This document shows, piece by piece, positions 63,286 through 64,000 of a DNA stretch of 64,000 bases. Both the position numbers and the translations under genes were made by a program. The stretch is from Lingula anatina (Eukaryota; Animalia; Brachiopoda): assembly GCA_051362555.1 (NCBI GenBank), contig CM120645.1:2480001-2544000 (forward strand). Direction: 5' to 3'. The notes below the pieces were generated by a model. It made no database searches. It was not told the DNA's origin and saw only the letters and a list, made by a program, of their open reading frames with translations. Numbering within the stretch: the stretch's first letter is position 1; the number at the start of each line of letters is the position of its first letter.

Positions 63286-64000
63286 ATGAAAAAAGTACAT
63301 TCGGATAGCATCAAAGTTGGCTCATGGAACATCCATGGAGTAGGCTGTAAGCTGGAAGATGCTGAACTAGTGAGGAAAATTTCTAGTTTTGATATATTAG
63401 CTTTAGTGGAGACCTGGTCTGATAATGATAGCAAGATAGAAATTCCAGGCTTTGTATCATACAGTAGTTGTAGGAAAAAATCAAAGAGAGCCAAGAGAAA
63501 CTCAGGTGGGATTGTAGCATTTGTTAGAAAATCAGTGACTGCTGGAGTTACCAAGTTAGAAAGCAAGTGTGAAGATATTCTGATTCTAAAATTGAGCAAA
63601 TTCTACTTTGGGTTTAGGCGTGATGTCATCCTTGTCACAGTCTACATAAGTCCCCCCAACTCTGTGATCAATGCAAATGCAGACCCATATGATAAACTTA
63701 AAGCTGAACTTACAACAGTGTCAGCTAACTGTGATATAATTATCCAAGGGGATTTCAATGCCAGAACGAAAGTTAACTCAGACTTTATCACAGATGACAG
63801 CACAGACTTAACCTTAATTTCTGGGGCCCATTATCTCAGTGATGCATACAACCCACCCCCTCCTAGAAACTCAATGGACTCCCAAAAATCCAATGCATTT
63901 GGTGGAAAGCTGCTAGAGTTATGCAAAGATTGCAATTTAAGAATCTTAAATGGCCGTAAACTAGGTGATCTACTTGGCAAATATACTTGTTATCAACCAG
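63286..64000 (+). CDS. LINE ORF2 N-terminus: apurinic/apyrimidinic-type endonuclease (partial, open to window end)
   Basis: MKKVHSDSIKVGSWNIHG..DILALVETW..KRNSGGI..VYISP..GDFNART..NAFGGKLLELC..LRILNGR..GDLLGKYTC. Absent from the ORF track because no stop lies in the window. Confidence 0.9.
   Translation, partial: MKKVHSDSIKVGSWNIHGVGCKLEDAELVRKISSFDILALVETWSDNDSKIEIPGFVSYSSCRKKSKRAKRNSGGIVAFVRKSVTAGVTKLESKCEDILILKLSKFYFGFRRDVILVTVYISPPNSVINANADPYDKLKAELTTVSANCDIIIQGDFNARTKVNSDFITDDSTDLTLISGAHYLSDAYNPPPPRNSMDSQKSNAFGGKLLELCKDCNLRILNGRKLGDLLGKYTCYQP

Larger units (their letters stand above)
61108..64000 (+). mobile_element. Non-LTR retrotransposon (RTE-X-like LINE), 5' portion; continues beyond the window
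   Basis: Two consecutive + strand ORFs: an esterase-containing ORF1, then an APE endonuclease ORF2. The 5' boundary was not determined. Confidence 0.85.

Overview
AT-rich, intron-containing genomic DNA from an invertebrate animal (lophotrochozoan-like; taxon inferred, not shown). Contents left to right: (1) a five-coding-exon HEMK1/MTQ1 mitochondrial release-factor Gln methyltransferase gene (+), with an ETS/NRF1/E-box promoter and a tRNA-like element upstream. (2) A tandem array of three minus-strand MFHAS1-like ROCO genes. Each is one ~2.8-2.9 kb LRR-ROC-COR exon spliced through a conserved phase-1 intron to a terminal exon encoding a CARD-like death-fold domain that the ORF track reports separately. 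(3) The 3' four coding exons of a NUAK-family kinase (-). (4) An intact, very recent Ty3/Gypsy LTR retrotransposon and the 5' part of an RTE-X-like LINE, both probably inside a long NUAK intron. The spacers between ROCO genes are rich in MITEs, fold-back elements and retroelement relics. The best candidate for an undescribed system is the LRR-ROC-COR-CARD array: variable LRR faces, LRR number changing in two-repeat units and patchwork similarity between paralogs, which suggests NLR-analogous, GTPase-switched immune receptors. Also notable: a LINE ORF1 that fuses an RNase H1 hybrid-binding domain to an SGNH esterase, and a Gypsy Pol with a transmembrane-like insert. All calls were made by eye without database searches.
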